Source: Alphaproteobacteria bacterium (lineage in GTDB: Bacteria; Pseudomonadota; Alphaproteobacteria; MPNO01; UBA830). Taken from it: DNA of 64,000 nucleotides. The notes below the pieces were generated by a model that worked only from the letters and a program-made list of their open reading frames with translations, searched no databases and was not told the DNA's origin. Each line of letters opens with the position of its first letter. Position 1 is the first letter of the stretch. Shown in pieces: positions 1 through 10,890 of this stretch. The DNA lies in NCBI GenBank assembly GCA_964291215.2, contig OZ219790.1:960001-1024000 (forward strand). The letters are read 5' to 3'. Made by a program: the position numbers and the translations under genes.

Positions 1-1665
1 CGAGAATACGAACAGAAACGGCACAAAATAGGCTGTCCACCCAAATTTCATCGCGGCGAAGCCGGTTGCCATCGGATCCGCCTTGGTAAGAGTGGAGGCA
101 GCGAAGGCGGCAAGCGCAATCGGCGGCGTGATCATGGACATCATGCCAAAATAAAGAATGAAGAAATGGGCCGGGATGTCGGCAACACCGGACTCGATGA
201 TGGCGGGAGCAATGAGTGCGCCAAGTAGCACGTAAATCGCGAGCGTTGGCATACCCATGCCGAGTACGATGCAGATGACTGCTGCGATCAGCAGCAGCAC
301 TAGCTGCTGCTCACCTGCCAGTTCCACCAGTGCAAAAGTCAGCGCAAAGCCGAGACCGGTGAGATTGAGGATGCCGATGACGAAACCAGCGGTAGCCGTG
401 ATCATCAGAAGCTCGATTACCACCCGGCCTGTTCTCCAGAGCACACCATAAAGGTCGGCCAGGCGCAGCCGCTCGCCGCGATAGCTTCGGACGAACGAAA
501 TTGCGAGTGACGCGGTCGCGTAGATCGCCGCCCGTTCGGGCGGAAGATTGAGTTCGAACAGGGTGTAGATCAGTACCGCAAAAGGAAGCATGAAGTGCCA
601 GCCCTCACGCAGGACATCGAGGGCCCGCGGCATATCCTCCTCTAGGAAAGTGATCTGTTCCTTGGCCGCGATGAGATCGACCTGGATGAAGACCGCAAAA
701 TAGTAGAGCAGCGACGGGACAATCGCCGCAAGGACGATCTCGGCGTAGGGAATCTCGAGCATTTCCGCCATCAGAAACGCGGCAGCCCCCATGATCGGTG
801 GCATGAACTGGCCGCCAGTGGATGCTATGGCCTCTATCGCTCCGGCATGGGTGGCGCGGTAGCCCGCCTTGCGCATCAGGGGGATGGTAATGATTCCGGT
901 GGTCACTACATTGGATACGGCGGTGCCAGAAATGGTGCCGAAGAGGCCGGATGCCACGACGGAGATCTTGGCGGCGCCACCACGGCGGCGGCCAACAGTC
1001 GCCATCGCAATGTCGGTGAAGAACGTTCCACCGCCGGCTTGCATCAGCACCTGCCCGAACAGGATAAACATGATGACGATGGTGGTACCAACCTGGAGCG
1101 GAATTCCAAACAACGCGTTGGTGTTGAAACCCATGTTGACCGCAAGCTGCCAGAGCTCGACGCGCGAGCCCACGAGCTGGCCCGGAACCAAATGCCCGAG
1201 AGGTGCGTAAAGAATGAAGACGCCCGCAACACATAGCATGACATAGCCCGCGGACCGCCTCAGCCCGTCAATAATCAAACCCATAAGGACAGCACCGATT
1301 GCGACTCCGAGATCGGTGCTACCTCCGAGCCCGCCCTTGTCACGCAGATAGAGGAAATTGGCGGCAACGTAGGACAGTACGGCAAGCGAAAGGAGAACGA
1401 GGAGCACATCGTACCATGGCACCCGGCCCTCTTCACTGCGGTTGAAGCGGACGGACAGGAAGACGACCGCCAGTGCCAGCGCCATGATCGCGGCGTAATA
1501 CTGCTCGTTGACGAAGGCCAAGCCAAGATCCTGGAACAGGTCGACGTTCCAGAGAACGGCGATGACGGTCATGAAGGCTGACAGGCCGCGCCATATCACG
1601 CGCGCCCATGGTTGGATTCGATCGCCTGTTTCCGGCTCGGGCGTCGTGATGGCGTCAGTGGTCAT
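1..1665 (-). CDS. TRAP transporter 4TM/12TM fused permease (3' end runs off window)
   Basis: Manual translation from ATG at 1665: MTTDAITTPEP..., with motifs GLFGTISGTAVSNVVTTG and ASTGGQFMPPIMGAAAFLMAE. Absent from the ORF track, presumably because its stop lies outside the window. Confidence 0.9.
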   Translation of the reverse strand, partial: MTTDAITTPEPETGDRIQPWARVIWRGLSAFMTVIAVLWNVDLFQDLGLAFVNEQYYAAIMALALAVVFLSVRFNRSEEGRVPWYDVLLVLLSLAVLSYVAANFLYLRDKGGLGGSTDLGVAIGAVLMGLIIDGLRRSAGYVMLCVAGVFILYAPLGHLVPGQLVGSRVELWQLAVNMGFNTNALFGIPLQVGTTIVIMFILFGQVLMQAGGGTFFTDIAMATVGRRRGGAAKISVVASGLFGTISGTAVSNVVTTGIITIPLMRKAGYRATHAGAIEAIASTGGQFMPPIMGAAAFLMAEMLEIPYAEIVLAAIVPSLLYYFAVFIQVDLIAAKEQITFLEEDMPRALDVLREGWHFMLPFAVLIYTLFELNLPPERAAIYATASLAISFVRSYRGERLRLADLYGVLWRTGRVVIELLMITATAGFVIGILNLTGLGFALTFALVELAGEQQLVLLLIAAVICIVLGMGMPTLAIYVLLGALIAPAIIESGVADIPAHFFILYFGMMSMITPPIALAAFAASTLTKADPMATGFAAMKFGWTAYFVPFLFVFS

Positions 1666-1760
1666 GGAGCGAACATATACACCAATCGGAGCCGAAAGCG
1701 ATTGTCCGGGCACCGGTTCGACACCATGCGCAGGAGTGATCGACGGTGCTCGAGTAGTTA

Positions 1761-2202
1761 GTGCCCGCGCGGAAATGACCGTTTTGGCTGAGATTCCGGC
1801 AAAATTTCTGGTTTGATCGCCCTTCCGGGTCCCGCTCCGTTTTCGGGGGGATTTCTGCTGATTCGCAGCGGTATCAGGGCTCTTCCAGCCGAGAAGCCGG
1901 ACGAGCGGCTCCGTTCCCGCTCCCGGCGGGTTTCGCGGGTGGGGTAGGGACGCCGCCGTCAGGCGGCGCGTTTTCGTCGTCGTCGGGCCCGTCTGTGCAA
2001 CAGCAGGCGGTGGACATTGAAGACGACCATGGACAGCGCCACCATCCGCGCAAAGCCGTCCGCCCCACAGGACCCGGTCCATGCCGCGTTGCTCAAGATT
2101 GTTGATCGCCGACTCCACGGCCGGATGCTGTCGGCGCATCTCCCGGAACGTCGGGTCAGCTTCCCGTTCCCGGTCCGCCCGACCAGGCTTTCCCTTCTTC
2201 GG
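1761..2202 (-). mobile_element. ISNCY (ISDol1-like) element, 3' remnant
   Basis: Reverse complement is near-identical to 30280-30713; end GTGCCCGCGCGGAAA; truncated next to the ISKra4 copy. Confidence 0.8.
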
Positions 2203-2227
2203 TAGCGCGTTGTGATCCCTTGTGATC

Positions 2228-3735
2228 GGGTGAGACTCTCGTATGGCACGGTTGCAGGCTCAGTACCACTTGTTCATCTCATGCGGCCAGTGCCGGGGTG
2301 TGATTTGGGCTGATGTTGTCGTTGGCCGGTGCGTCGTCTGCACCAATCATGGCCGTCCACGCGCTCTCGAAGCGGCCGGATTCGAGCAGGGCGCGGAAGG
2401 CGATTGTCCGCCGACGATGAGCCAGCGCATGCCGGAGCGTTTCATGCGCTGTGTGACAAGGGTCTTGTTTGCCGCCTCGACAATTCCCGAGCCGGTTGCT
2501 TCAGCGCGTGGTAGCGCATGCGGTGGCGATGCTTGCGAAAGAAGGACAGTTCCCTGTCGATGTCGGCCCGTTGGCGCCGCAGTGTCGCGAAGGTGGCGCA
2601 GCGCCCGGATCACCCTGTCGATGCCGCGGGGGTCGTGACGCAGGATCTCGCGGTACTTCTCGAACCAGTGGGGCACCGCTGCATGGTCGGCCGCCACGCG
2701 CAGATGCTCGCAGGCATACCTCGGTTTCGGGCTCAAGACCCCCGAGGAAGGTCCAGTTGTCGGCGGCGGCGTCGGCGATGGCGCTGATCTCGGGACGTCT
2801 CCGTTTGATATGCGCGACTTCGCTTGCGAGCTGCGCCTTCAGTGTGCACTTTCGGCCCTCGGGCATGCGGCCGAGACAGACGGTCTTCAGGCGCTCACCG
2901 TCGGCGTCGTGGAAGGAGACCGTGCCGCAGGCCGCCTCACGCCAGCAGGCCTCGGAACGGCCGTCCTCGCCGGCCCGCAGCGCCACCATGACGCCGTCCA
3001 GCGAGGCGGTGACCGCGTCCTGCGGGATGTCCTCCGCTTCCCGGATGTCATCCAGGGGGGCCGAGACTTTCCCGGCGCTCCTGCATGGTCAGGCGCTGCA
3101 AGGTGCTGGCGTCATGGCGCCGAGCTTGCCGAACAACGCCTCCGCTGCCGCCCATCATCATCAGCCCAAGCCGCCGGCCGTGTCAGCTAGTCGTCGACGA
3201 GGCTTTCGTCCACCGGCATCAGCGACCGGCAGCGCGCGCCGGTGCGGCACGCCGAAAGGTCACCGGGCGAGGTCATCATCGTCTTCGGCGCCCCATCTCT
3301 GCCCGTCCCGCTCGATCCGGAGCGCACCGTCGTCCCGGGCCTCGGCACCCGGGATCTCGCAGCGCGTACACGCTCTCACGCACCCGCCGCTCCGTTTCCT
3401 CAAAGGCCTCGGCAGAGCGCTGCGAACCGAGTTGCCGATGACAAACCGCGGTTATCTGCGTGACCGCCTCGACAACCCGAGGCGGCAAGCCGGAAATATC
3501 GATCGACGCGGAAGGCTGCGAAACTGACATGCGAGCGCTCCTGATGCTGTGGATTGTCACCAATATCATATCGCATCTTGCGGTGCAGAGCGTTCCCACC
3601 TCTACCGCTCGGCCCGTGACAAAATCCTGTCCTGAAACGGGCGATTGTCACGAAAACCCGTTTTTGCTGCTGCCTCGCGACCACATAACCGCGTTAAATC
3701 AATGGCTTGCATTCGCCATACGAGAACTGCACCCC
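2228..3735 (-). mobile_element. ISKra4-family IS, degenerate copy A
   Basis: Fragments SLDGVMV, ADAAADNW and GSGIVEAANKTLVTQRMKRSGMRW lie in different frames; imperfect IRs GGGTG...CTCGTATGGC; homologous to 45917-47434. Confidence 0.85.
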
Positions 3736-4475
3736 GGAGAGGCGGCGGAGATTCGCAACGCCGCCGTGAGCGGCGAGGTCGAGTGCCGCTGCCACGGGCG
3801 CAACTTCATGGTCGCGGAGATGCGGCTGCTGCGCGAACTGACGATCACGGAGCGGACCCCATCGCCCGCGCCTTCTGCCGCCGCCAGCCCCGAAGCTGAT
3901 CACGTCGGACACCAAGCCGCTGCTCGACGCCCCGAAGACCCTCGACGAGCTCCGCCCGCTGATACTACCTCGGATACACGCGCCTGGTCGGCGCGCAGAT
4001 GCGCTACGCGGTCCATGACCGGAACGGCGAGCCGCTGCTCGGCTTCTCGACCGCCGCATGGAGCGCGCGCTGCAACACCCCGCCCGTGCCCTGCAAGACC
4101 TTGGTCGAGGTCCCGCGCCATAGCGTCTGCAGGGCCGCGGGCCGGATCCGCGTCGGAACAACCAGCGGGCGCGGCCGCCACGACCGACATGACAGAAGCC
4201 GAAGAAGGACATCTGGCCCGCTCCGCAAGGACTGGAAGCAGACCCTTAATCGCTGAACCCTGCAACCGGCACAGGATGACGCTCAGCTCCTCCTCCGCAG
4301 CGCCGGGACAAAGCGCAACCAATGCGGAAAACACGGCATGGCGCCAGTGCCCGCCAACCTCACCGCGCATCCCGCCCAGCGGTGCACGAAACCGCTCCGG
4401 ATGACGCTGGAACTCCCTGACAAAAGCCCGTCAAACGGACGAAAACAACAACACCTCACCGCACGAACGAACGCT
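3736..4475 (+). mobile_element. Degenerate DUF4338-domain element with IS66-like end (GTAAGCGTTCGTTCGTGC on minus)
   Basis: MRYAVHDRNGEPLLGFSTAAW resembles DUF4338; the same terminus recurs at 9586 and 32279. Confidence 0.6.
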
Positions 4476-4480
4476 CCCCC

Positions 4481-5068
4481 TGCTGCAACCGGTTCAACCG
4501 CTGGCGCAAGAAGGGAGTCTGGGATCAATTGATGGATACGATAGTGGAGGCTCACGACGGCAATGTGCAGATGATCGATAGTTCGAGCGTCCGGATTCAC
4601 CAGCATGCGGCGGGATCAAAAAAGGGGGGGGCGGATCGTTGCATGGGCCGTTCCCGTGGCGGACTGACCACGAAGATCCACGCCGTGTCGGACGTTACCG
4701 GCCTGCCGGTCCGCTATGACCTCAGCCTCGGCCAAGCACATGACACCACGGCCGCCGGCGCCATGCTGGCGCCCCTGCCGCCCGACAGTTTCCTCGTCGC
4801 CGACAAGGCCTATGACGCCAAATGGATCCGTGACCTGATCGAACATCACAATGCCGTCCCGATCATCCCCGACCGAGAAGGCGCGAAGACCAGGCACGCC
4901 TTCTCCAAATCCTTGTATCGATTGCGAAACCGGATCGAACGCGCCTTCAACAAGCTCAAGCAGTTCCGACGCATCGCCACCCGCTACAAAAAGCTCGCTG
5001 CCAACCTCCTCGCCATGATCAAGATCGCCACTGTCAGGCTCTGGCTACGCGCTTATGAGTCCACGGCC
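4481..5068 (+). mobile_element. IS5-family (IS427-like) transposase, 5'-truncated but internally clean
   Basis: NRFNRW...IDSSSVRIHQHAAG..GRSRGGLTTKIH..ADKAYD..RNRIERAFNKLKQFRRIATRY; A/G run at ~4618-4631; end GAGTCCACGGCC. Confidence 0.9.
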
Positions 5069-5069
5069 A

Positions 5070-5507
5070 CTAATCAGTGGTCAGGAACCGCCAGCCTACT
5101 TTTTTGGCAAGCCGCTTCGCGAACCCTTTGGTAATTTTCCCCCACGCATTGCAGTGGGCGTGGTCGCTGGGTTTAGGGTCCCATCCCACCTTGAGGTCGA
5201 CTTGTCGAAGCTCGACTACCGGGAAACAGGCGACGGCATCAAACCGGCCCTCACCCCATTGGTCGACACTCTTACCGATGCACTTCAGTATCTTCTTTAC
5301 GGCAAGTGACATGCCTTGATGCTTGTCGCTGGAAGGGCGAAATGCACCCGAAGATATCCGGCGCTTGCCGGTGTTGCGGTCGCAGATAATGTGCTGCCGT
5401 GGAATGCCGCGCAGCAAGGTGTCACCCGCATGAATCTGCGGATGGTCATGCGGAATTACTTCCCCTTCATCATCCAGCGGAGAGGGACACGTGGGTGCGC
5501 AGCCCAT
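5070..5507 (-). CDS. Hypothetical protein, putative ADP-ribosyltransferase-like toxin
   Basis: 145-aa ORF; ATG directly follows the upstream TAG (TAGATG); motifs LLR..., SSGAF, GMSL, DHAH. Function is inferred. Confidence 0.6.
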   Translation of the reverse strand: MGCAPTCPSPLDDEGEVIPHDHPQIHAGDTLLRGIPRQHIICDRNTGKRRISSGAFRPSSDKHQGMSLAVKKILKCIGKSVDQWGEGRFDAVACFPVVELRQVDLKVGWDPKPSDHAHCNAWGKITKGFAKRLAKKVGWRFLTTD

Positions 5508-6254
5508 CTAACGGCGCAACGCTCGGAACAGGCACGAGATCTTCGCAAGGTCGTGCAGACTGTCAATAGGGGCCTCGACGATGCTTCCATCGTCAGTGCG
5601 TTCGTGGTGTAAGGAGGTGGCACAGTCAGGGGCAATTTCGACCTCGATTTCATGGACGCCGACATACCATTCCAGCTGCAGCCCCCCGTTCGAGAGCGGA
5701 ACCACATCCGGCCTGAACGTCGTATGCCTACCGATCGCGTCCAAGAGGCAAAGTACGTGTTTTGCGATGTCGGGCAGGACCGCGATCCCGTCGTAGCCAT
5801 CCCATCCAGCCTCAAGTCTGGTGAACTCATTGATAGTTGCACGGGACCGCTCCGTGAGCGTCTCGATCGGAGCAGGTTCCGCCCACTCGAACGGGAACAA
5901 GACACTCGACTCCGTAAGGCGTGTCGGAAGATTACCCCAAGTTTCTTCTCCCGTCGATGCACCAAGTGTACGGTTCGACCCCGAGGCAGCCTCTTTGAAC
6001 AGTCGAGGCACTTCCGCAAACATCAGAGCGAGGTCGTGGGTCGGGCTCTCCCCCTCCCCGGAACGGAACCGCCAAACAGGGTCGTTAGTGGCGTCGGTCC
6101 AATCAGTGTCAACATTTCGATCAGCTGACACGGGCGCAGGGGAGGCATTGAGCAATCGTGAATAGGACCTCTTTTGCTGCCCTAGCTTAACGGACCGGTG
6201 AAACCCCTGCTCGGGAGCGTTCGATGTGGACAGTATCGCGAGCATGTTATCCAT
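5508..6254 (-). CDS. Conserved hypothetical protein (GWDGY...PLSNGGLQLEW C-terminal domain), putative antitoxin/adaptor
   Basis: 248-aa ORF overlapping the upstream stop (ATGGATAA); N-terminus looks low-structure, C-terminus looks like a compact domain. Confidence 0.65.
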   Translation of the reverse strand: MDNMLAILSTSNAPEQGFHRSVKLGQQKRSYSRLLNASPAPVSADRNVDTDWTDATNDPVWRFRSGEGESPTHDLALMFAEVPRLFKEAASGSNRTLGASTGEETWGNLPTRLTESSVLFPFEWAEPAPIETLTERSRATINEFTRLEAGWDGYDGIAVLPDIAKHVLCLLDAIGRHTTFRPDVVPLSNGGLQLEWYVGVHEIEVEIAPDCATSLHHERTDDGSIVEAPIDSLHDLAKISCLFRALRR

Positions 6255-6920
6255 GATCCCTTCGATCTAGGTTCTCAATCAGGTCATGGGCACCACGCCA
6301 GAGCCTCCTCAGCATGTCCTTCATTTCATTGTCATCGGGCATCCGCGCCTCGGGGACATGAAGATTGGCACTCAGGAACACTTTTGTGGTTTCGGCGACC
6401 TGCAATCTGGGCTCCAGCGTGATTGTCCATTGCCAACCTTCCTCATGTGCAAACAGCTTTCCGGCTCCACCCACATGTGTCCATCGTTCGTTCAACTCGT
6501 TCGCGCGGACGAAAAGACGCCGACCCAAATAGGTGCGTGCGGCCTCTCCAGAGTCCTGATCGTAGACCATGTCGATGTTGAAGCCGAAGGCCGCAGGACT
6601 TTCCTCCTGCAGGTTAGTGTTGGTGGCGGCCAAGCCTGCCAACCGCACGACCGATTCCACATCATCGACTTGCCCAGGATACTCCCGTACCACTCGCGTA
6701 GTGTGCTTGGCTGTTTCCACGAACATGCGATCGCGCGGGATCGTCAGTCGGCGGCCTTGGCTGGGAGTAGATTGAGTTGGGTCGAGGGCCAGTCCGACCT
6801 CGGTGATGATCTCTGATTCGAGGGTGGCGCGAATGCGACGATCTCGTTGTCGGTCCTGAGTAGCTGAAGACCGAGAAACACAGCGTTGATCGAGAGGACA
6901 TCTTGGACAGTTGTTGCCAT
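6247..6920 (-). pseudogene. TIGR04255-like protein with a 1-bp frameshift near 6830
   Basis: RBS AGGGAAG precedes ATG at 6920 (MATTVQDVLSINAVFLG...IVAF). Adding one C at TTC|GCGCC joins it to RATLESEII...AFGFNIDMVY...FLSANLH. Confidence 0.55.
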
Positions 6921-7013
6921 CACGCTTCCCTGTGACAGGCTCCAGTTGCGCACACTTTGATGCCGAGTGTAGGATTTCCAGAGGCCAAATGCAATGGAGC
7001 GCAGGATCGTTTT

Positions 7014-7310
7014 CAGGTGTTTCCCACGCTGCATTCAATTTTGCTGTCTTCTGCTGTCCGGAGGTTTCACGGCGTGCCGGGTTTTCTGGCTTCGGGGCCG
7101 TCCGCGGTCGTCGCCGGCGGCGTTACCGGCGCGTGGGCGGGCTGTTTTCGGGATGTGGGCGGCGTCCGGGAATCGGCCGGACACCATTGGCGCTCAGGGC
7201 CGGGCTGCGACGGCTTCCCGGCGGTCGAGCCGCCGCCGTGTTTCGGCGAGGTTCTCGCGTCGGTTGGCGAAGATCACCGCGAGCGCGATGTTATCGAAGC
7301 TGGCGCGGTT
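7014..7310 (-). mobile_element. ISAs1-family element, 3' remnant
   Basis: Matches 38700-39003 reverse-complemented; end CAGGTGTTTCCCACGCTGCATTC. Confidence 0.8.
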
Positions 7311-7827
7311 GATTACGCAACCTGATGTCTGGAAATTGTCGTGAAGCTCTCAGTCATCGAGCTGTTCCCATTCGATCTTGGTTTCGGTTTCCCATTTTTC
7401 GTCGATGAGGACCGCGGTTGAGAGGCGCTCCAACGAGGCGAGGTTCGGAAAGACCCTGACTTTGGAGGTGCGCCGCTTGAGCTCTTGCTGGATCGGTCGC
7501 TCGATGCCGTTCGAGGTTCGCATACGCTTGTGGTGAGCATCGGGCAAGGTGAAGACAGCGAGCCCCGCATTCTTTTCCAGCCAGGAAGCCCGGATGCTTG
7601 TCGCGATAGCTGGCCACGAGGGCGCCCAGTTCAGCCTCGGCGGTTTGGAGTGAGGACGCATGGCTCCGAGCTGTTTTCCAATACGTTTCCTGATGTCGTT
7701 GTTCGGTGCACGGCGTTTTGCGCCAAGTGGAACTGGCAGCGCTGCCACGTCGCCGCGCCCAGCACCGCGCGTCGTGCCGCTTTCAGCCCGGCATCCGAGA
7801 CGATGAAGGTCGTACCATGTAGGGCTA
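7311..7827 (-). mobile_element. IS256-family element, 3' remnant
   Basis: Near-duplicate of 8181-8690; RTSNGIERPIQQELKRRTSKVRVFPN; cut at CTAG by IS5. Confidence 0.85.
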
Positions 7828-8180
7828 GGTTGTGGACTCAAATAATTGGTTTGCGATTCTGCGGAGCAAGAATCGGCTGGCAGCCAGTTGCACGGCGGAG
7901 AGGAAGTTCCTTGTCATAACGGGTGGCGACCCGTCGGAACTCCTTGATCTTACCGAAGAACCGCTCGACCAGGTTGCGCATCCTGTAGACCTCGCGGTCG
8001 AGCGGTCGTGGCAATGTCCGGTTGGATTTCATGACCGCGGTTGCTCCTGCTGTCTCGATTAGGTCGAGAATGGCGTCGGTGTCGTAGGCCTTGTCGCCGA
8101 CCACCGTCTCGCCATGCCCGAGGTCGGCGAGAAGCGCCTCCGCCTGCGCGCAGTCGGCCGCCTGGCCCGGGGTCAGGAAC
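7828..8180 (-). mobile_element. IS5-family remnant (degenerate)
   Basis: GDKAYDTDAI...RNLVERFFGKIKEFRRVATRYDK; end GGTTGTGGACTCA at CTAG. Confidence 0.85.
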
Positions 8181-9410
8181 GATTACGCAACCTGATGTCT
8201 GGAAATTGTCGTGAAGCTGATCGAGCTGTTCCCATTTGATCTTGGTTTCGGTTTTCCATTTTTCGTCGATGAGGACCGCGGTTGAGAGGCGCTCCAACGA
8301 GGCGAGGTTTGGAAAGACCCTGACTTTGGAGGTGCGCCGCTTGAGCTCTTGCTGGATCGGTCGCTCGATGCCGTTCGAGGTTCGCATACGTTTGTGGTGA
8401 GCATCGGGCAAGGTGAAGACAGCGAGCCCCGCATTCTTTTCCAGCCAGGAAGCCTGGATGCTTGTCGCGATAGCTGGCCACGAGGGCGCCCAGTTCAGCC
8501 TCGGCGGTTTGGAGTGAGGAGGCGTGGCTCTGAGCTGTTTTCCAATACGTTTCCTGATGTCGTTGTTCGGTGCACGGCGTTTTGCGCCAAGTGGAACTGG
8601 CAGCGCTGCCATGTCGCCGCGCCCAGCACCGCGCGTCGTGCCGCTTTCAGCCCGGCATCCGAGACGATGAAGGTCGTACCATGCAGGGCTAGCAAGCTTT
8701 CCAGGAAGGCTCTCCAATGGACCTCAGCCTCGGAGAGCGCCACAGAGAGCCCCAGAACGTGCCTGCAGCCCCTATTCCGATGGCCGAGAGCACTGCGACA
8801 TCGCGCACAACGCCGTCATGGCGGGCTTTTTCATAGCGCGCATCCAGGATCAGGTATTTCATCAGGGGCCGGTTGCGCGGCGAGTTCTTCGTCGAGCAAC
8901 CTGGTGGCCCCCTGAGAAGAGGACAGGCTCCCGAACTCGCGCATTACATCCTGCCGCGTGGAAACACCCTTGATGTACATCTCGGCTACGGCGCGAGAAG
9001 ATCGCTGGCCGCGTTCAAGCGACTGGGGGGGGGTCGTCCCCGTGACCGTTTGGCACCTGAACGGTAACAGTGGGGGTGTCGATCCGCTTGTAGCCGTTGG
9101 CCCTGTCGTTCCGGTGTCCGGTGGCCCGCTTTCAAGTGCTGCTCGCGCTCGATTTACATCGCAAGCTCGAAAAGCTGACCAAAGATCCGCCCCAGATCCG
9201 TTGCTCCGTTTGCGATCAGATGTTCCAAAACGGCCTCAATCGTCGTAGTGTGTCGCAGGTCCATTCGCTTCCTCCATGAATGTTTACAGCTCCATGGGAT
9301 AGCACGATGGCACCGCGTTTCACTGGGGGGGGGGGGGGCTAGCCCCCCCCCCCCCCAACGCCTCAAAGCGCAAACCTCAGACAAATTTCCAGACATCAAG
9401 TTACAGTACC
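8181..9410 (-). mobile_element. IS256-family IS, end-to-end but degenerate
   Basis: IRs GATTACGCAACCTGATGTCTGGAAATT / GGTACTGTAACTTGATGTCTGGAAATT; fragments EMYIKGVSTR, SEAEVHWRAFLESL, WQRCQFHLAQNA. Confidence 0.85.
9325..9356. repeat. Perfect palindrome G14-CTAG-C14 in the IS256 5' region
   Basis: Read directly from the sequence; the related copy at 21671-21690 has only G6. Confidence 0.9.
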
Positions 9411-9586
9411 ACCGCAAAAAACACCACCGCACACCAATGCGGAAAACACGGCATCGCGCCAGTGCCAGCCAACCTCACCGCGCATCCCGGCGCACGAAAC
9501 CGCTCCGGATGACGCTGGAACTCCCTGACAAAAGCCCTTCAAACGGACGAAAACAACAACACCTCACTGCACGAACGAACGCTTAC
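9411..9586 (+). mobile_element. Second remnant of the DUF4338/IS66-like element end
   Basis: Homologous to 4315-4475; ends GCACGAACGAACGCTTAC. Confidence 0.7.
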
Positions 9587-10711
9587 TAGTGTTATGTCAG
9601 CAATGATATGTCGTACATTTGGTGCTAGACTGTCCGTCCATTCGGGATGGAGGTCGGAGTATGAAACGCTACGTGGTGACCCTGGACGAACGGGCAGAAC
9701 TTTCGGAGATCAAGGGCTCGCATCTGTCGCAAAAGGTAATCAACGCCCTGCTCAACTGCGACGAGGGCGCGTTCAATGAATGCCAGATGACCGGGAAGGT
9801 CATTGCCGAGATTCTGCGCATCAGCATGCGCAAAGTAGACCGGGTGAAGAAGCGTTTCGAGGGGCTGGAGGCGGCATTGGGTGGCCGGCAAGGACGCCGT
9901 CCTACCTACATGCGAAAAGCCGACGGCACCTTCGAGGCGCGTGGCTCTGAGTTGTGGTGAACCGCCTGAGGGTTACGCGCAATGGTCGTTGCGGCTGCTG
10001 GCCGACCGCGTTGTTGAACTTGGTTACGCCGTGTCACACGAGACGGTGCGGCGTGTTCTAAAAAAACTGCCTCAAGCCATGGCAGCGGGTTGGGTGGGTG
10101 ATTCTTCCTCAAGGGAATGCCGACTTCGCCGCGGCGAAGGTGCTCGATGTCTATCGCCGTCCCGCCGCCTTCCCCGTGGTCTGCATGGACGAAACGCCCC
10201 CCGACCGGCGAGACACGGCAACCGATCGCCATGGCGCCGGGACGGTCAGCACGTAACGACTACGAGTATCGACGTTGCGGCACCTGCAACGTCTTCACGG
10301 AACCCCTGGCCGGCAAGCGCATGACCAAGGTAACCGAGCGCAAGATCGACTGGGCGCAGTTCCTGGCCGACATCGCCGGGCGCTACCAGAATGCTACCAC
10401 CATCACCCTAGTGATGGACAATCTCAACACTCCCCGGCGCCTTCTATGAGGCCTACCCGCCGGACGAGGCCTTGTGGGACCGCTTCGAGTTCGTCTACAC
10501 CCCCAAGCACGGCAGTTGGCTGAACGTGGTCGAACTCAACGTCATGATCCGCCTGAACCGCCGCATCGACTGCATCGAGGTGTTACGCCGGGAAGTTGCC
10601 GCCTGGCAGGCGACCGCATCCAGGCCAAGGTGGATTGGCAGTTCACCACCGACGATGCCCGTGTGAAACTCAAACATTTTTATCCGACATTTTATGAATG
10701 ACAAGACGCTA
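9587..10711 (+). mobile_element. IS630-family IS, degenerate
   Basis: TA-flanked IRs TAGTGTTATGTCA / TGACAAGACGCTA; MKRYVVTL, WSLRLLADRVVEL, LVMDNLNT, YTPKHGSWLN. Confidence 0.9.
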
Positions 10712-10890
10712 GTTATCAGTAGGACAACCGCTATACACGAAAATCTGCAGCTAACTCGTCTCGCCTCTGAAGCAAACGCCTTGCCTCGTGCATGAACTAC
10801 CAACACTCCGAGCAATACATCTTTGTCCACAACCGACAGACGCGCGAACTGTTCGGAACCTTCTACATGCTAGCGGTTGAAGTATTTGGC

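Noticed and set aside
2210-2227. TTGTGATC-CC-TTGTGATC as an excision footprint
   Set aside because: Plausible but a single short instance with no way to assign an element.
3736-4475. Druantia defence system
   Set aside because: Only degenerate DUF4338 pieces inside IS-like ends; no DruE helicase or partner genes.
6921-7038. ORF-track N-terminus MNAAWETP
   Set aside because: Begins inside the ISAs1 terminal repeat; the same peptide appears at 38979.
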